Below, piece after piece: positions 36,859 to 48,596 of a DNA stretch of 64,000 bases (position 1 is its first letter; each line of letters opens with the position of its first letter). The translations under genes and the position numbers were made by a program. The notes beneath the pieces were generated by a model. That model was not told the origin of the DNA and ran no database searches. It worked only from the letters and a program-made list of their open reading frames with translations. Source of the DNA: Octopus bimaculoides (lineage: Eukaryota); the NCBI RefSeq assembly GCF_001194135.2, contig NC_068985.1:16999958-17063957 (forward strand), read 5' to 3'.

Positions 36859-39800
36859 NNNNNNNNNNNNNNNNNNNNNNNNNNNNNNNNNNNNNNNNNN
36901 NNNNNNNNNNNNNNNNNNNNNNNNNNNNNNNNNNNNNNNNNNNNNNNNNNNNNNNNNNNNNNNNNNNNNNNNNNNNNNNNNNNNNNNNNNNNNNNNNNNN
37001 NNNNNNNNNNNNNNNNNNNNNNNNNNNNNNNNNNNNNNNNNNNNNNNNNNNNNNNNNNNNNNNNNNNNNNNNNNNNNNNNNNNNNNNNNNNNNNNNNNNN
37101 NNNNNNNNNNNNNNNNNNNNNNNNNNNNNNNNNNNNNNNNNNNNNNNNNNNNNNNNNNNNNNNNNNNNNNNNNNNNNNNNNNNNNNNNNNNNNNNNNNNN
37201 NNNNNNNNNNNNNNNNNNNNNNNNNNNNNNNNNNNNNNNNNNNNNNNNNNNNNNNNNATTTAATGATTTAAAATAGCTTCAATTAATACATATTTCACTG
37301 CTTCTTTGTTTTGATATCGTGTGATATTCGTAAACAAGTGCCACCATCATGAAAGCAGTGTCCTTCATTTCCAATCTTCTGTGAAAACATGTCTTGTCAT
37401 GGGAGAATATTACTTTGCTTGGAAACAGATGAGGGTTGATGACAGGAAGGGCATCCAGCTAGAGAAAACTTTCCTCAACAAATTCTGTCTGACTCATGGA
37501 AAATTGGGAGTTAAAATGATGATGAAGATGATGATGGTGATAATTTACCAATCATGATTCCATACTCTTGTTAGTGCAGTGTAAAGTTTACTGTATTCAA
37601 GTATTAGTTCTAAACAATAAGCACCAACTTTGGTTGCTGCTTTTCTTGAGCACAGGCATGGTTGTACTTTAGAAGTTTTTTTCATAACCATGTGGTTCCA
37701 AGTCCAGACAACCACATGATTTCAGGTTCAATCCCACTGCATGGCACCTTGGGCAAATGTCTTCTACTATAGCTTCAGATTGATCGATACCTTGTGAGTG
37801 AAATCTGGTAGATGGAAACTGCAAAATATCTCAGTGCACATGCATGTGTGTGCATATCTTTCAGTATACTGGCGAAGAGTGCAAACATTGCCAAGAAAGT
37901 CAAAAATTTGAGGTTTGTTTTTTTGAACAAAGTCTCTTGCAATATTTGTTCTGCATCAAGTTACAGATAGCCCTTTACCACCTTCAGCATAATATATTGA
38001 ATCTATAACTGACCCATTAGAAACCTACAACCAATAATGCTATTGTTGACAATTGTGATATAAAAATGAAATAAAACTAAAGTAATAAATAAATGCACAT
38101 ATAAATATCAAGTTTTTCAACAAGAATAGTGTTAAAGTAAGTTATAGTTTCCTTGAAAGCATAACTTCCCAAAACTTACATCCAATAATTTCTATACTAA
38201 CAACCAGATTTCAACTTCAGAACTGACTACTTATATGTACCTGCCTCTCTGAGGTAATAGTTTATAAAGCAAGTAACTTTTACCAATTGGACTTAGAAAT
38301 TACACTAGACTTATGGAGAATACTTTTAAGATCAAACATAGCCACCATATATATTCATTTAAGTAGAGAAAGGCCTAATTACACTTCTCTTTGTCGTATC
38401 TAGAAATTAAGGGACAATGGAATTGAAAACATCCCTTTAATGGAGAATATTATAGACACAATATTCCTATACACTGATAAAACAAGAAAATGAACTCTGT
38501 GTTTATCACAAAAATTCCATATTTTGATCTAACCACCAAGATCATTGACTAGGAAATCCGAAATTCTATCCTTTTGCTTTCATCATTCCTACCAATAAAT
38601 TTAGAAACTCGAAGAGGATAGACACTAGTTATAAATCAATTGGCTGAAACTTTCTCCTCTTCCTTGCAACTATCCACCACCACTAGCTTTCACTTGGGCA
38701 TGATCTGACTTCCCACCAGACTCCTATTGGCAAATGAAAATCATTCTAATGAAATTTTCCATTAGCCTACACCAACTCCCTCCAGTCCTCTTTTTGTTGC
38801 CTACATTAACCAAACAGAATAAATCTGCAGAGCACAGGATACATTCTGAAACTTAATTCAACTGTTTAATCTGTTCTTACTACAAACCGCAGTATTTATG
38901 ACTCATGTTGCTAAAACCTTCTAACTGTAACTTCAATGATCTTTTAGATAAACACAGTTTTCATTCCAGAAATCAAGCTTAAATGTATAAATGTATGTGT
39001 TGAGTTATTAATAAGATTATAATTTTCAAGACTATTAACTTCATCTTTAGATATAAAACATCTTGATTGCACAGAAAGCTCAAGTCAGGATACTAGTTTT
39101 CAATGATGTTGGCCAGCCTTTATCAAACAGATTTATGACCGAAAGTGTTTCAGACGTGACCAACCTGTTTTGCTTTTTTTTTCAGCACAGCGTATCTAGC
39201 ATTACATTATCCAATATGTTCTTCCCATTTTTATTAAGAAAGCAGAGCTTCAACTGGGGTGGATTTGGCTACTATTTTTAGCAGCCAGTGTGACCACATG
39301 CACACTTCTTAATAATTCATTGGTTCCCTTCTGTTTGTATGGAAAGTAACTTGCCCAAGGTCCCATGCAGTGAGACTGAACTCAGAACCATGTGGTTGGG
39401 AAGCAAACTTCTTACCACACAGCCACACCTGCACCCAATTTTAATCTCATTAGAATAATGTATTCAAAAAAATTGTTTACTAAATGTTGAGATAACAAAT
39501 ATGGCTACATTCCATTGCTGAACTGGAAGGAATATATTTTGTTCAAATTAACTGAGAAATTAACCAAGGCAAACAAATGGAACAATTTTTGCCATATGCA
39601 GTCATTATTTAAATGCATTATACATAACTATTTGATCTATTGATAGCTAACAGAAATTGTGTTGTTATGTAACTCTACATGTGAATGTATTTACATTGTT
39701 TTTCAGGCTTTGTGTCGCTACATTTCTTTTTCATTTAGCCTGTTGCTCATCTGATATTATGGCCTATTGAATAGAGCTGGAGCAAGTATTTATTCATTTG

Positions 39801-39984
39801 TTCCTTTACTTGTTTAAATGATTTGACTGTGGCCATGCTGGAGTACTGCTTTTAGTTAAACAAATTGACTCCAGGACTTATTCTTTGTAAGCCTAGAACT
39901 TATTCTATCAGTCTCTTTTGCTGAGCTGCTATGTTACAGGGATGTAGACACACCAGCATCAGTTGTCAAGCGATGTTGAGGGGA

Positions 39985-40031
<47 letters not shown>

Positions 40032-40372
40032 CTATATAAGATGGGCTTCTTTCAGTTTCCATCTACTATAGCCTCAGGCCAACCAAAGCTTTGATTTGGT
40101 TGGCCTGAGGATCTGATGGGCAGAAACTGAAATAAACATATTGTATATATATTTGTGTGTGTGTCTTTGTTTGTTCCCCTATCATTGCTTGACAACCAAT
40201 GTTGGTGTGTTTACATCCCCGTAACTTAGTGGTTCGGCAAAAGAGACCAATTGAATAAGTATTAGGCTTACAAAGAATAAGTCCTGGGGTCGATTTCTTT
40301 GACTAAAACCCTTTAAGGCTGTGTTCCAGCATGGCCGCAGTCAAATGACTGAAACAAGTAAAAGAATAAAGA

Positions 40373-40467
<95 letters not shown>

Positions 40468-41058
40468 ATCACTACATTATTTGATAACTAGCCTTGGTTT
40501 GTTTATGTCCTTGTAACTAAGTGATTCAAGAAAAGAAACCAATGGTATAAGTAGCAGACTAAAAAAAATAAGTGCTGGGATCAATTTGATTGACTGAATC
40601 CTTTAAAGCGACACCCCAGTATGGCCACAGTCCAATGAGTGAAGCATTTAAAGAATAAAAGAACAAACAAAATAGGAGAGAACAGCTTAATAATGTAACT
40701 GTTTAATTCAAAACAAGCAAACAAGCTTGAAAATAATTTGCAATAAAGATTCATTCTTTTTCCTTAGTTTTTGAAGCTAGTCAGTTGAATATCTTAAAAG
40801 ATATTCTTTTCTACTCTAGGCACAAGGCCCAACATTTTTGGAGAGGGGGCCAGTCGATTAGATTGACCCCAGTGTGCAACTGGTACTTAATTTATCAACC
40901 CCGAAAGAATGAAAGGCAAAAATCGACCTAGGTGGAATTTGAACTCAGAACGTAAAGACAGATGAAATACCGCTAAGCATTTTGCCCAACCTGCTAGCAT
41001 TTCTACCAGCTTGCTGCTTTTATCTTTAAAGATATTAAGAAAAAAAAAAAAAACTTAC

Positions 41059-41213
41059 CTCTTCTGAACTGCATATGTTCTTATAGAAGTAGGGCAAGGA
41101 TTCAAAACTTGGTTCAAGGTTCAAATTCTTAAATCTATTGCCTGATAAGGAATTGGGTGGTTGTAGGGTTTTGGTGTTCATGATATGGTACCCCCTCAAA
41201 CCAAAATCATGCA
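41059..41213 (-). CDS. Internal coding exon of the same SH2 gene, ending in the SH2 N-terminal motif
   Basis: Acceptor TTTCTTCTTTCTTTTTGCAG| and donor GAG|GTAAGT. The exon is 155 nt (2 nt plus 51 codons) and open: HDFGLRGYHIMNTKTLQPPNSLSGNRFKNLNLEPSFESLPYFYKNICSSEE. LPYFYKNICSSEE resembles the SH2 start LPWFHGxISREEA. It is absent from the ORF track. Confidence 0.75.
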
Positions 41214-41504
41214 CTGCAAAAAGAAAGAAGAAACAAAAACAGATTACACAAATTGTACGTTTTTCTGGGAGAAACAGTGCACTTCCAAACCCTTTATCAT
41301 TTAAGATTATCCTGTCAAATGTAATACTTATTTATCCCCGTTATTTTGAATTAATCATGCATTATCTCATTAGCTTAGAGATTTTGACAATGTGATTGTT
41401 TTTTTTCTATTCTTAACCATCATTTCTCTCTCCTTCTGGGGTAGCCATGTGTCTCCTCTACTGCAAAAGACACCGGTTTCTGTCCTTCGATTCATACTCT
41501 AACC

Positions 41505-41808
41505 CATAGGTTTTCAATGTGGGCACTACCACCCCCTGGTAGGCATTGGGACGGTGTTTGGCAGTAGAGAAAAAGGAGGCACTGGGAGGAAGGCAGTGGA
41601 TTGGGGGGACGCTATGAATTTATTATAATATTATTATAGTATTGTATACAAATTATGTAATATTATATCAAATATCAAATGATTCATAGTATATATAAAT
41701 TAGTAAAATATAAAACATTTATTTATACATAAAAATAAGGGTATGGTGCTGAGGGTATTTCATGGCCATGAGTGGGGGGCGGTAACCCCAAAAGTTTGAG
41801 AACCTCTG
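41505..41808. mobile_element. hAT (Charlie/MER5-like) MITE
   Basis: Ends CATAGGTTTTCAA and TTGAGAACCTCTG, with an exact 8-bp TSD CTCTAACC at 41497-41504 and 41809-41816. Confidence 0.8.
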
Positions 41809-42828
41809 CTCTAACCCCTCTCATCTCCTGGAACAAAGCCACCTCCCTGAACTGAGGGGTTTTCTCTAGCAAGTTACTTGATGACATCACTGCTGTTAGT
41901 GCCACATAAAAAGCACCAAGTAAACTCTGTAATGTGGTTGGCATTAGGAAGGGCAGACAACCACAGAAACCCTGCCAAAGCAGACAATTGAACCCCGGTG
42001 AAGTCTTCCAGCTTGCCAGCCCCTGTCAAATTGTCCAATCCATGCCAGGATGAAAAATGGATGTTAAATGATGATAATGACGACAATGATGATGATGAAT
42101 TCAAGGAAGGTTTGGAGAAAGACTCTAGTAGATATGTTAAGTGAAATCTCCTTTATGGGAAGGTGGGGGAATATGACACTAAATGCATCATCTACAAAAC
42201 AGAGGATGCAACTGAAGTGCAAATCCAAATTGTTGCTAAATTAGAGTCACCATATACATAAAGGAGAAATATAGGGGTTACTATGAAGGACATAGATGAC
42301 AATGCCAACCCTTGAATTGAGACACTTTCATGATTACCACTGATGCAACATTTGGCAAAATGTGATCCGGTGGGGTTACCATGGATATACAAGTCCTTAC
42401 CCTTGGTCTCACAAAGCCAGACAACAATACCACAGTTATGCTGAGTAGCAGATGCTGATAAGAATGCCTTAACCCTTTTGCAACCATATTTCTTTTGAAA
42501 TACATTGCCATTGTTTTAAATATAAAAAATATAAATATAAAAAAATAAATATAAATATAAAAAAAAAACTTTAATAAAATAATTTTGGCGTTATCAAGCT
42601 GGTGCATGGAACATAAATTAAAGTGAAATGTTAATGGCATGTTTTAATTTAGATCATCTTAAATCAGGAAGTGTGTTGTATCACAAAACTAGGGTGGTCT
42701 CAGTTTGGTTGGTATCAAATAGGTCAAAACTTAGCATTTAGAACAGAAAGCCCAGCTATACATGTAACAGTAAAAACAACTACTATTATTGTGTTACTGG
42801 AATACATATCTTCTCAACTACGTTATAA

Positions 42829-43130
42829 CACAAGGTGAAGTCAAACTAACAATGTGGTACATACTGACTATGAGGGAATATAAAGAGTAAATAGCCTAGC
42901 GGTGTGGTACATGTTGACTGTAATGTAGTATAAGATGTAGGTAACTATTATACATATTGACAATGATGTAGAGTAAGGTGAAGTCAACTTAGCAATGTGC
43001 TATATACTATGATGCGAAATAAGGTATAGACAGCCCACCAGTGTAGTACATACAGACTATGATGTTGTACCAGTGAGGTATATATTGATTGTGATGTTAC
43101 ATAAGGTGAACTTAACCTATCAGTGTGCCA
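42829..43130. repeat. Degenerate tandem repeat with a period of about 50 bp
   Basis: TAAGGTGAAGTCAAC.TAGCAATGTG.TACATA.TGACTATGATG recurs about 6-7 times with deletions. Confidence 0.6.
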
Positions 43131-43170
43131 TCTAACTAGACACTGTGCAAGACTAAATGCTTCACAGTAT

Positions 43171-43398
43171 TTAACCCTTTTGATACCAACCTGGTTGAAA
43201 CCACCTCTGGCTCTGTATCACAAATGTCTTGTTTTCAAAAAATCTGAATTAAAATCTTCCACCAAACCTTAGTCAGAATTTATGTTTCTAACACTAGCTT
43301 TATGATAACTAAGTTATTTTACTAAATTTTTTGTTATATTTAAAATTAATTGAAAGAAACCGAGCATCTCAACAGAAATATGGCAACAAAAGGGTTAA
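43171..43398. mobile_element. TTAA-flanked (piggyBac-like) MITE; related copies at about 42469-42725 (opposite orientation) and about 25995-26220
   Basis: Termini TTAACCCTTTT...AAAAGGGTTAA, with shared internal sequence among copies. Confidence 0.65.
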
Positions 43399-44890
43399 TT
43401 ATATCCCTTAACTTTCTGAGCTCAAATCCTTCCAAAGTCAAGTTTTTAACTTTCATCTCTGCAGGACAACAAAATATATCCAAGTTTTATTGCGTAGTCA
43501 ATTGCAATACAACTCTGCTTCAAAGTTTACAAGAATTAGAACCATTTTATTTCTTTTTCTTGTTATAAAAGTAAAACTAAGATTCAAATTATTAAACCAT
43601 TTCTATTCCCAGTTGAAGCTATTTCTCTTCAACCATCTACAAGTCTGNNNNNNNNNNNNNNNNNNNNNNNNNNNNNNNNNNNNNNNNNNNNNNNNNNNNN
43701 NNNNNNNNNNNNNNNNNNNNNNNNNNNNNNNNNNNNNNNNNNNNNNNNNNNNNNNNNNNNNNNNNNNNNNNNNNNNNNNNNNNNNNNNNNNNNNNNNNNN
43801 NNNNNNNNNNNNNNNNNNNNNNNNNNNNNNNNNNNNNNNNNNNNNNNNNNNNNNNNNNNNNNNNNNNNNNNNNNNNNNNNNNNNNNNNNNNNNNNNNNNN
43901 NNNNNNNNNNNNNNNNNNNNNNNNNNNNNNNNNNNNNNNNNNNNNNNNNNNNNNNNNNNNNNNNNNNNNNNNNNNNNNNNNNNNNNNNNNNNNNNNNNNN
44001 NNNNNNNNNNNNNNNNNNNNNNNNNNNNNNNNNNNNNNNNNNNNNNNNNNNNNNNNNNNNNNNNNNNNNNNNNNNNNNNNNNNNNNNNNNNNNNNNNNNN
44101 NNNNNNNNNNNNNNNNNNNNNNNNNNNNNNNNNNNNNNNNNNNNNNNNNNNNNNNNNNNNNNNNNNNNNNNNNNNNNNNNNNNNNNNNNNNNNNNNNNNN
44201 NNNNNNNNNNNNNNNNNNNNNNNNNNNNNNNNNNNNNNNNNNNNNNNNNNNNNNNNNNNNNNNNNNNNNNNNNNNNNNNNNNNNNNNNNNNNNNNNNNNN
44301 NNNNNNNNNNNNNNNNNNNNNNNNNNNNNNNNNNNNNNNNNNNNNNNNNNNNNNNNNNNNNNNNNNNNNNNNNNNNNNNNNNNNNNNNNNNNNNNNNNNN
44401 NNNNNNNNNNNNNACTAAACTATTTTTGGCTCCCTTCCAGAATCTACTCTCTGTCTGGTATAATTACTAAGCATTGGCCATGACAGGCTTATTTCATCAT
44501 CTTTCTATACTTATTAAGCTTTATCCTAGAGTTTTTCTCCCCCCACTTTTCCTTCTTTTTTTTTTTTTGTCTGATCATTTTCAGTCTCTACTTTGAGATA
44601 TTTTAATTCTTTATCAAAAGAATCCCTTTTTTTCCCTCCCAAATCATTCTATGAAATATTTACTTTCTATGAGGTATATCTTAAAAAAAAAAACACTCAG
44701 ATTATTTTGTAATTATTTTCTTACTTCTCTCAAGTTAAACTCCAGATTTCATAAAGAGTCTAGAAGCAGTGCAAGACTGGTGTAGGGCATTTAAATTGTA
44801 CATAGTTATGTTGGTGTGTGGATTGTAAAGATGGAGCAATGAGAGCTGCCATATGCATACAAGTCGTTAGAAGGTATAAGAAGCAAGAGT

Positions 44891-45075
44891 TTAACCCTTT
44901 AGCATTAGAATTTCTATGTCAAATGTAATGCTTATTTATTCACATTGATTTGCATTTGTCATGCATCACCTTTGTAGCTTTGAGATTTCAATGATGTGAT
45001 TGTTTATTTTTAGAATAATATTGTAGGCCAAGCATGAGAGGCTGGATCTGGCTGGTATAAATGCTAAAGGGTTAA
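44891..45075. mobile_element. TTAA-flanked MITE, second family; related copy at 55479-55706
   Basis: Perfect 16-bp termini TTAACCCTTTAGCATT and AATGCTAAAGGGTTAA. Confidence 0.7.
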
Positions 45076-45567
45076 ATGAGATAACTAAAAAGCAGAGGTT
45101 GATAGAGAGTGATAGGGAGACAGTTCTGTAAACATATCTTTTACTTGTTTCAGTCTTGGACTGTGGCCATGCTAGAGCACTACCCTGAAGGGTTTTAGTT
45201 GAGCAAATCAGCCCTAATACTGCTTTTTAAGTCTAGTACTTAAATCTATTGGTCTCTTTTGCCAAACCACTAAGTTACAAACCAACACCAGTAGTCAAGA
45301 GGTGGTGAGAAACAAATGTGTAGTGTGCGTGTATGGATATATCCACATACATACACACACACACACACATATAATAGGCTTCTTTCAGTGTCCATCCACT
45401 AAATCCACTCACAAGGCTTTGGTCAATCTGGAGCTATAGTGAAAGAACTTGCCCAAGTTGCCATGTAGTGAAATTGAACTGAAGACTCCATGGCCGAGAA
45501 GCAAACTTCTTAATCACACAGCCACACTGGTGCCTGTGTAGAACTATAGAAGTCTGACAGAAAACTT

Positions 45568-45777
45568 TTAATCGAAAAGATGAGAAATAGATGGATACCA
45601 TATGTGGGCTGATTCAGCTAAAAGTTTCTCATGCCAGATACAGCTGAAAACTTTTCTGGCATCAAGAGCAGCAACACTGCTTTTTCTAAAATTCTTAAGA
45701 GTAGGAGCCAACCCACTGTTACATGACACAAGGGAACAAAGTCCCATCAGTCCAAAAATTCCATTCCACAGAAACAT
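45568..45777 (-). mobile_element. LINE reverse transcriptase remnant
   Basis: SSVAALDARKVFSCIWHEKLL resembles RT motif A (xALDISKAFDRVWH..LL). Confidence 0.55.
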
Positions 45778-46380
45778 TACTGATGGCTATGGTGAAATGA
45801 AAGAGAGAGACTCAAGATAATGGAAGAAATACACATTTTGAGATACTAGAAATGAGAGAAATAGGATTGTAGTTGGCAAAATAAAAGGGGCTAGTCTTCT
45901 GAAAGATGGAATACTGTTAAATGTTTCAACAGATCAGAGCAGAGTCCCATATAGTGAGAGAAATACTGAAGAATCCGTTTAGAAGAGAAACTCACTATGG
46001 ATCACACTGTATAACATAAAAAACACTCTCAGAACTGTTTGGACTGCTTAGATGTGGGGAGTGGATACTAGATTTCAAATCCTGTTATATTTTTCCTTTA
46101 CCTCATTAGTCAAACAGTTAATAACTGATACAATGTTTTTATACTAATTATCTTTTTCTTCTGTTTACATTCAGTTCTGTTCCCTCTAGTATTTTAGTTC
46201 ACCGGATTATTTTGCTTTCCTTTTATTTTGCCGCCAACTACAATCCTATTTCATTTCTAATATCTCAAAATGTGCACTTTTTTTCATTACCTTGAGTCTC
46301 TCGCTTTCACTTCACTACAGCCATCAGTAATGTTTCTTGTATGTATGAGCTAATGAGTTGCTTATTTTGTGTATCATTGA

Positions 46381-46596
46381 GAGAGAGAGAGTGAAAGAGA
46401 GAGAGTGAAAGAGAGAGAGTGAAAGAGAGAGAGTGAAAGAGAGAGAGTGAAAGAGAGAGAGTGAAAGAGAGAGAGTGAAAGAGAGAGAGTGAAAGAGAGA
46501 GAGTGAAAGAGAGAGAGTGAAAGAGAGAGAGTGAAAGAGAGAGAGTGAAAGAGAGAGAGTGAAAGAGAGAGAGTGAAAGAGAGAGAGTGAAAGAGA
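46381..46596. repeat. 14-bp minisatellite (GAGAGAGAGTGAAA)n, about 15 copies
   Basis: Direct reading shows a perfect 14-nt period. Confidence 0.95.
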
Positions 46597-47041
46597 GTGC
46601 GTGTGTGTGTGTGTGAGGAAGAGAGAGTTTATAGCTCTTTGATTTACCATATTTCATATAATAAAGGATGTACATACATATTAGACACTTCCCAACTTCA
46701 GTAGTGCATATTCAGGAAAAGAAAATTATTAGAACATTAAAGTATGCATTATAGGCCCAAATGTGCATATAGGACCCAGGGTGATTTTTTTAGGCAGTCT
46801 TTAGGGGAAAAAATACGTCTTATAAGCCATCAAATACAGTATTTTTAGCTCTTTGTATACCTCAACTTTCTTATAGTTTCCTATATTTTTAAAAGTAACT
46901 TTAACATTCTTAAGACTCATTTTTCTGTGGAAAAGTTGTAACTGAATCTGAGTTGTTTGTAAACGGGCTTTGAGTTGGCTATCATCTTTTGTATGTAAGT
47001 CTCAAGTCATTTATTCACAAGAAATAACTCCATTTCAGTTG

Positions 47042-47384
47042 AAGTAGTTGTATGCTGTCAACTTAATGTGACAGTCCCCTGAAGGGAATAATACTACTGC
47101 TGGTTAGACCTAGGAATCTGCACCGCTTCCTGTCGGCCTTCACACATTTCCAGTGTCCTTATGTTTACAAGGGGGGAGACAAGCACCTCCACCCAGCTAA
47201 GCCTGCATCCAGAGACATGTTTCTGAGTCTTTGCTCGTCATCAGTCTGGAGTAGCATGACCTGTTAGTCGAAGATGCCTGTCAAGCTCTTGTAAACATAA
47301 TAATTCTAGTGAAATACATTCACTGATTTCAAATTTAGAAATAATACATTTCTAAATCTCTCAGAGAGATTTAGAAATATATTT
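47042..47384 (-). mobile_element. 343-bp hammerhead-bearing non-autonomous retroelement (retrozyme-like or Penelope pLTR-derived)
   Basis: Flanked by the 14-bp direct repeat CTCCATTTCAGTTG (47028-47041 and 47385-47398). It has an internal 13-bp inverted repeat (47159-47171 and 47288-47300) enclosing the ribozyme and a terminal 14-bp hairpin (47348-47378). Confidence 0.6.
47208..47250 (-). ncRNA. Type I minimal hammerhead ribozyme fold
   Basis: The minus strand reads TCCAGA-CTGATGA-CGAG-CAAAGA-CTCA-GAAA-CATGTC-TCTGGA. This gives a 6-bp stem I, intact CUGAUGA and GAAA cores, a stem II with a C-A mismatch at its base, a palindromic ACAUGU stem III and a GUC cleavage triplet. Confidence 0.75.
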
Positions 47385-47756
47385 CTCCATTTCAGTTGTT
47401 GTTGCATCCAGCCTGACTGTGTAGGTGTGCTAAAAATATCAGTAGAATGGGCAATGCTTTGAAAAATTCTTTTGTTAGAGATTAAGTGAGCTTTTATCTA
47501 CTCATAGCTCTTTTGAAGTAATAGTACCACAATACTAATTACTGTGAATATCATCATTATCACAAGTTATTAATATATCCTAATAAACCTGGTTATCAAA
47601 TGTAGCAAAATGTTGAAGTAAAACATCTGTCCTGACAGCAGACATTCATTAACAAAAATAACGTTAACATCTCCCTTCTTAATTAGTAATTAAAGATATT
47701 GCTTACAATGCTACAGACACTTTCCTTTACTTTTCTTGTGTGTGCGCGCACACGCA

Positions 47757-47788
<32 letters not shown>

Positions 47789-48085
47789 CGTGTGTGTGTG
47801 TGTGTGTGTGCGTGCGTGCGTGTGTACACACAGTGTACAGATCAGAACCAATTTAATGCAACAAATTAATATCATTTATCTTTAACTTGTTCCAGTCATT
47901 GTACTGTGAACCATGCTGTAGCACTACCTTGAAGAGTCTGGTCAAACAAATTGGCCCCCAGTACTTATTTTCAAGTCTGGTATTTATTCTATCAGTTTGT
48001 TATACTGAACCACTAAGTTAAGGGAATGTATACAAACCAAAACAAATTGTCGAGTAGTGGCAGGGAACAAAGAGACACATATACA

Positions 48086-48133
<48 letters not shown>

Positions 48134-48596
48134 GATCTTCCACACAGTTTCTGTCTACCAAATTCACTCTTAACACATTGATCGACCTGGGACAATAGCA
48201 GAAGACACTTGCCTAAGGTAGTGTGCAATGGGAATGAAACCAAAACCACGTGGTTGCAAAGTGAGCTGCTTAACCACACAGCAATGTCTACATTACTTTA
48301 AGAGAGAGATAATGCTCCTCTTTTATATGTGAAATCAATTTCAGTCAATTACTGAGTATAACAGCAACCCTTCACATGTTTCTAGTAAATGTTTAACAAT
48401 TTCTGAGGGAACCTTTCTTTACATCATCATCATCGTTTAACGTTCGCCTTCCATGCTAGCATGGGTTGGACGATTTGACTGAGGACTGGTGAAACCGGAT
48501 GGCAACACCAGGCTCCAATCTAATTTGGCAGAGTTTCTACAGCTGGATGCCCTTCCTAACGCCAACCACTCAGAGAGTGTAGTGGGTGCTTTTACG

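Noticed and set aside
38300-39300. Coding-looking stretches within the SH2 gene intron, examined as the missing exon
   Set aside because: They have multiple stops, no phase-compatible splice pair and no FLVR-like motif. They look more like decayed LINE sequence.
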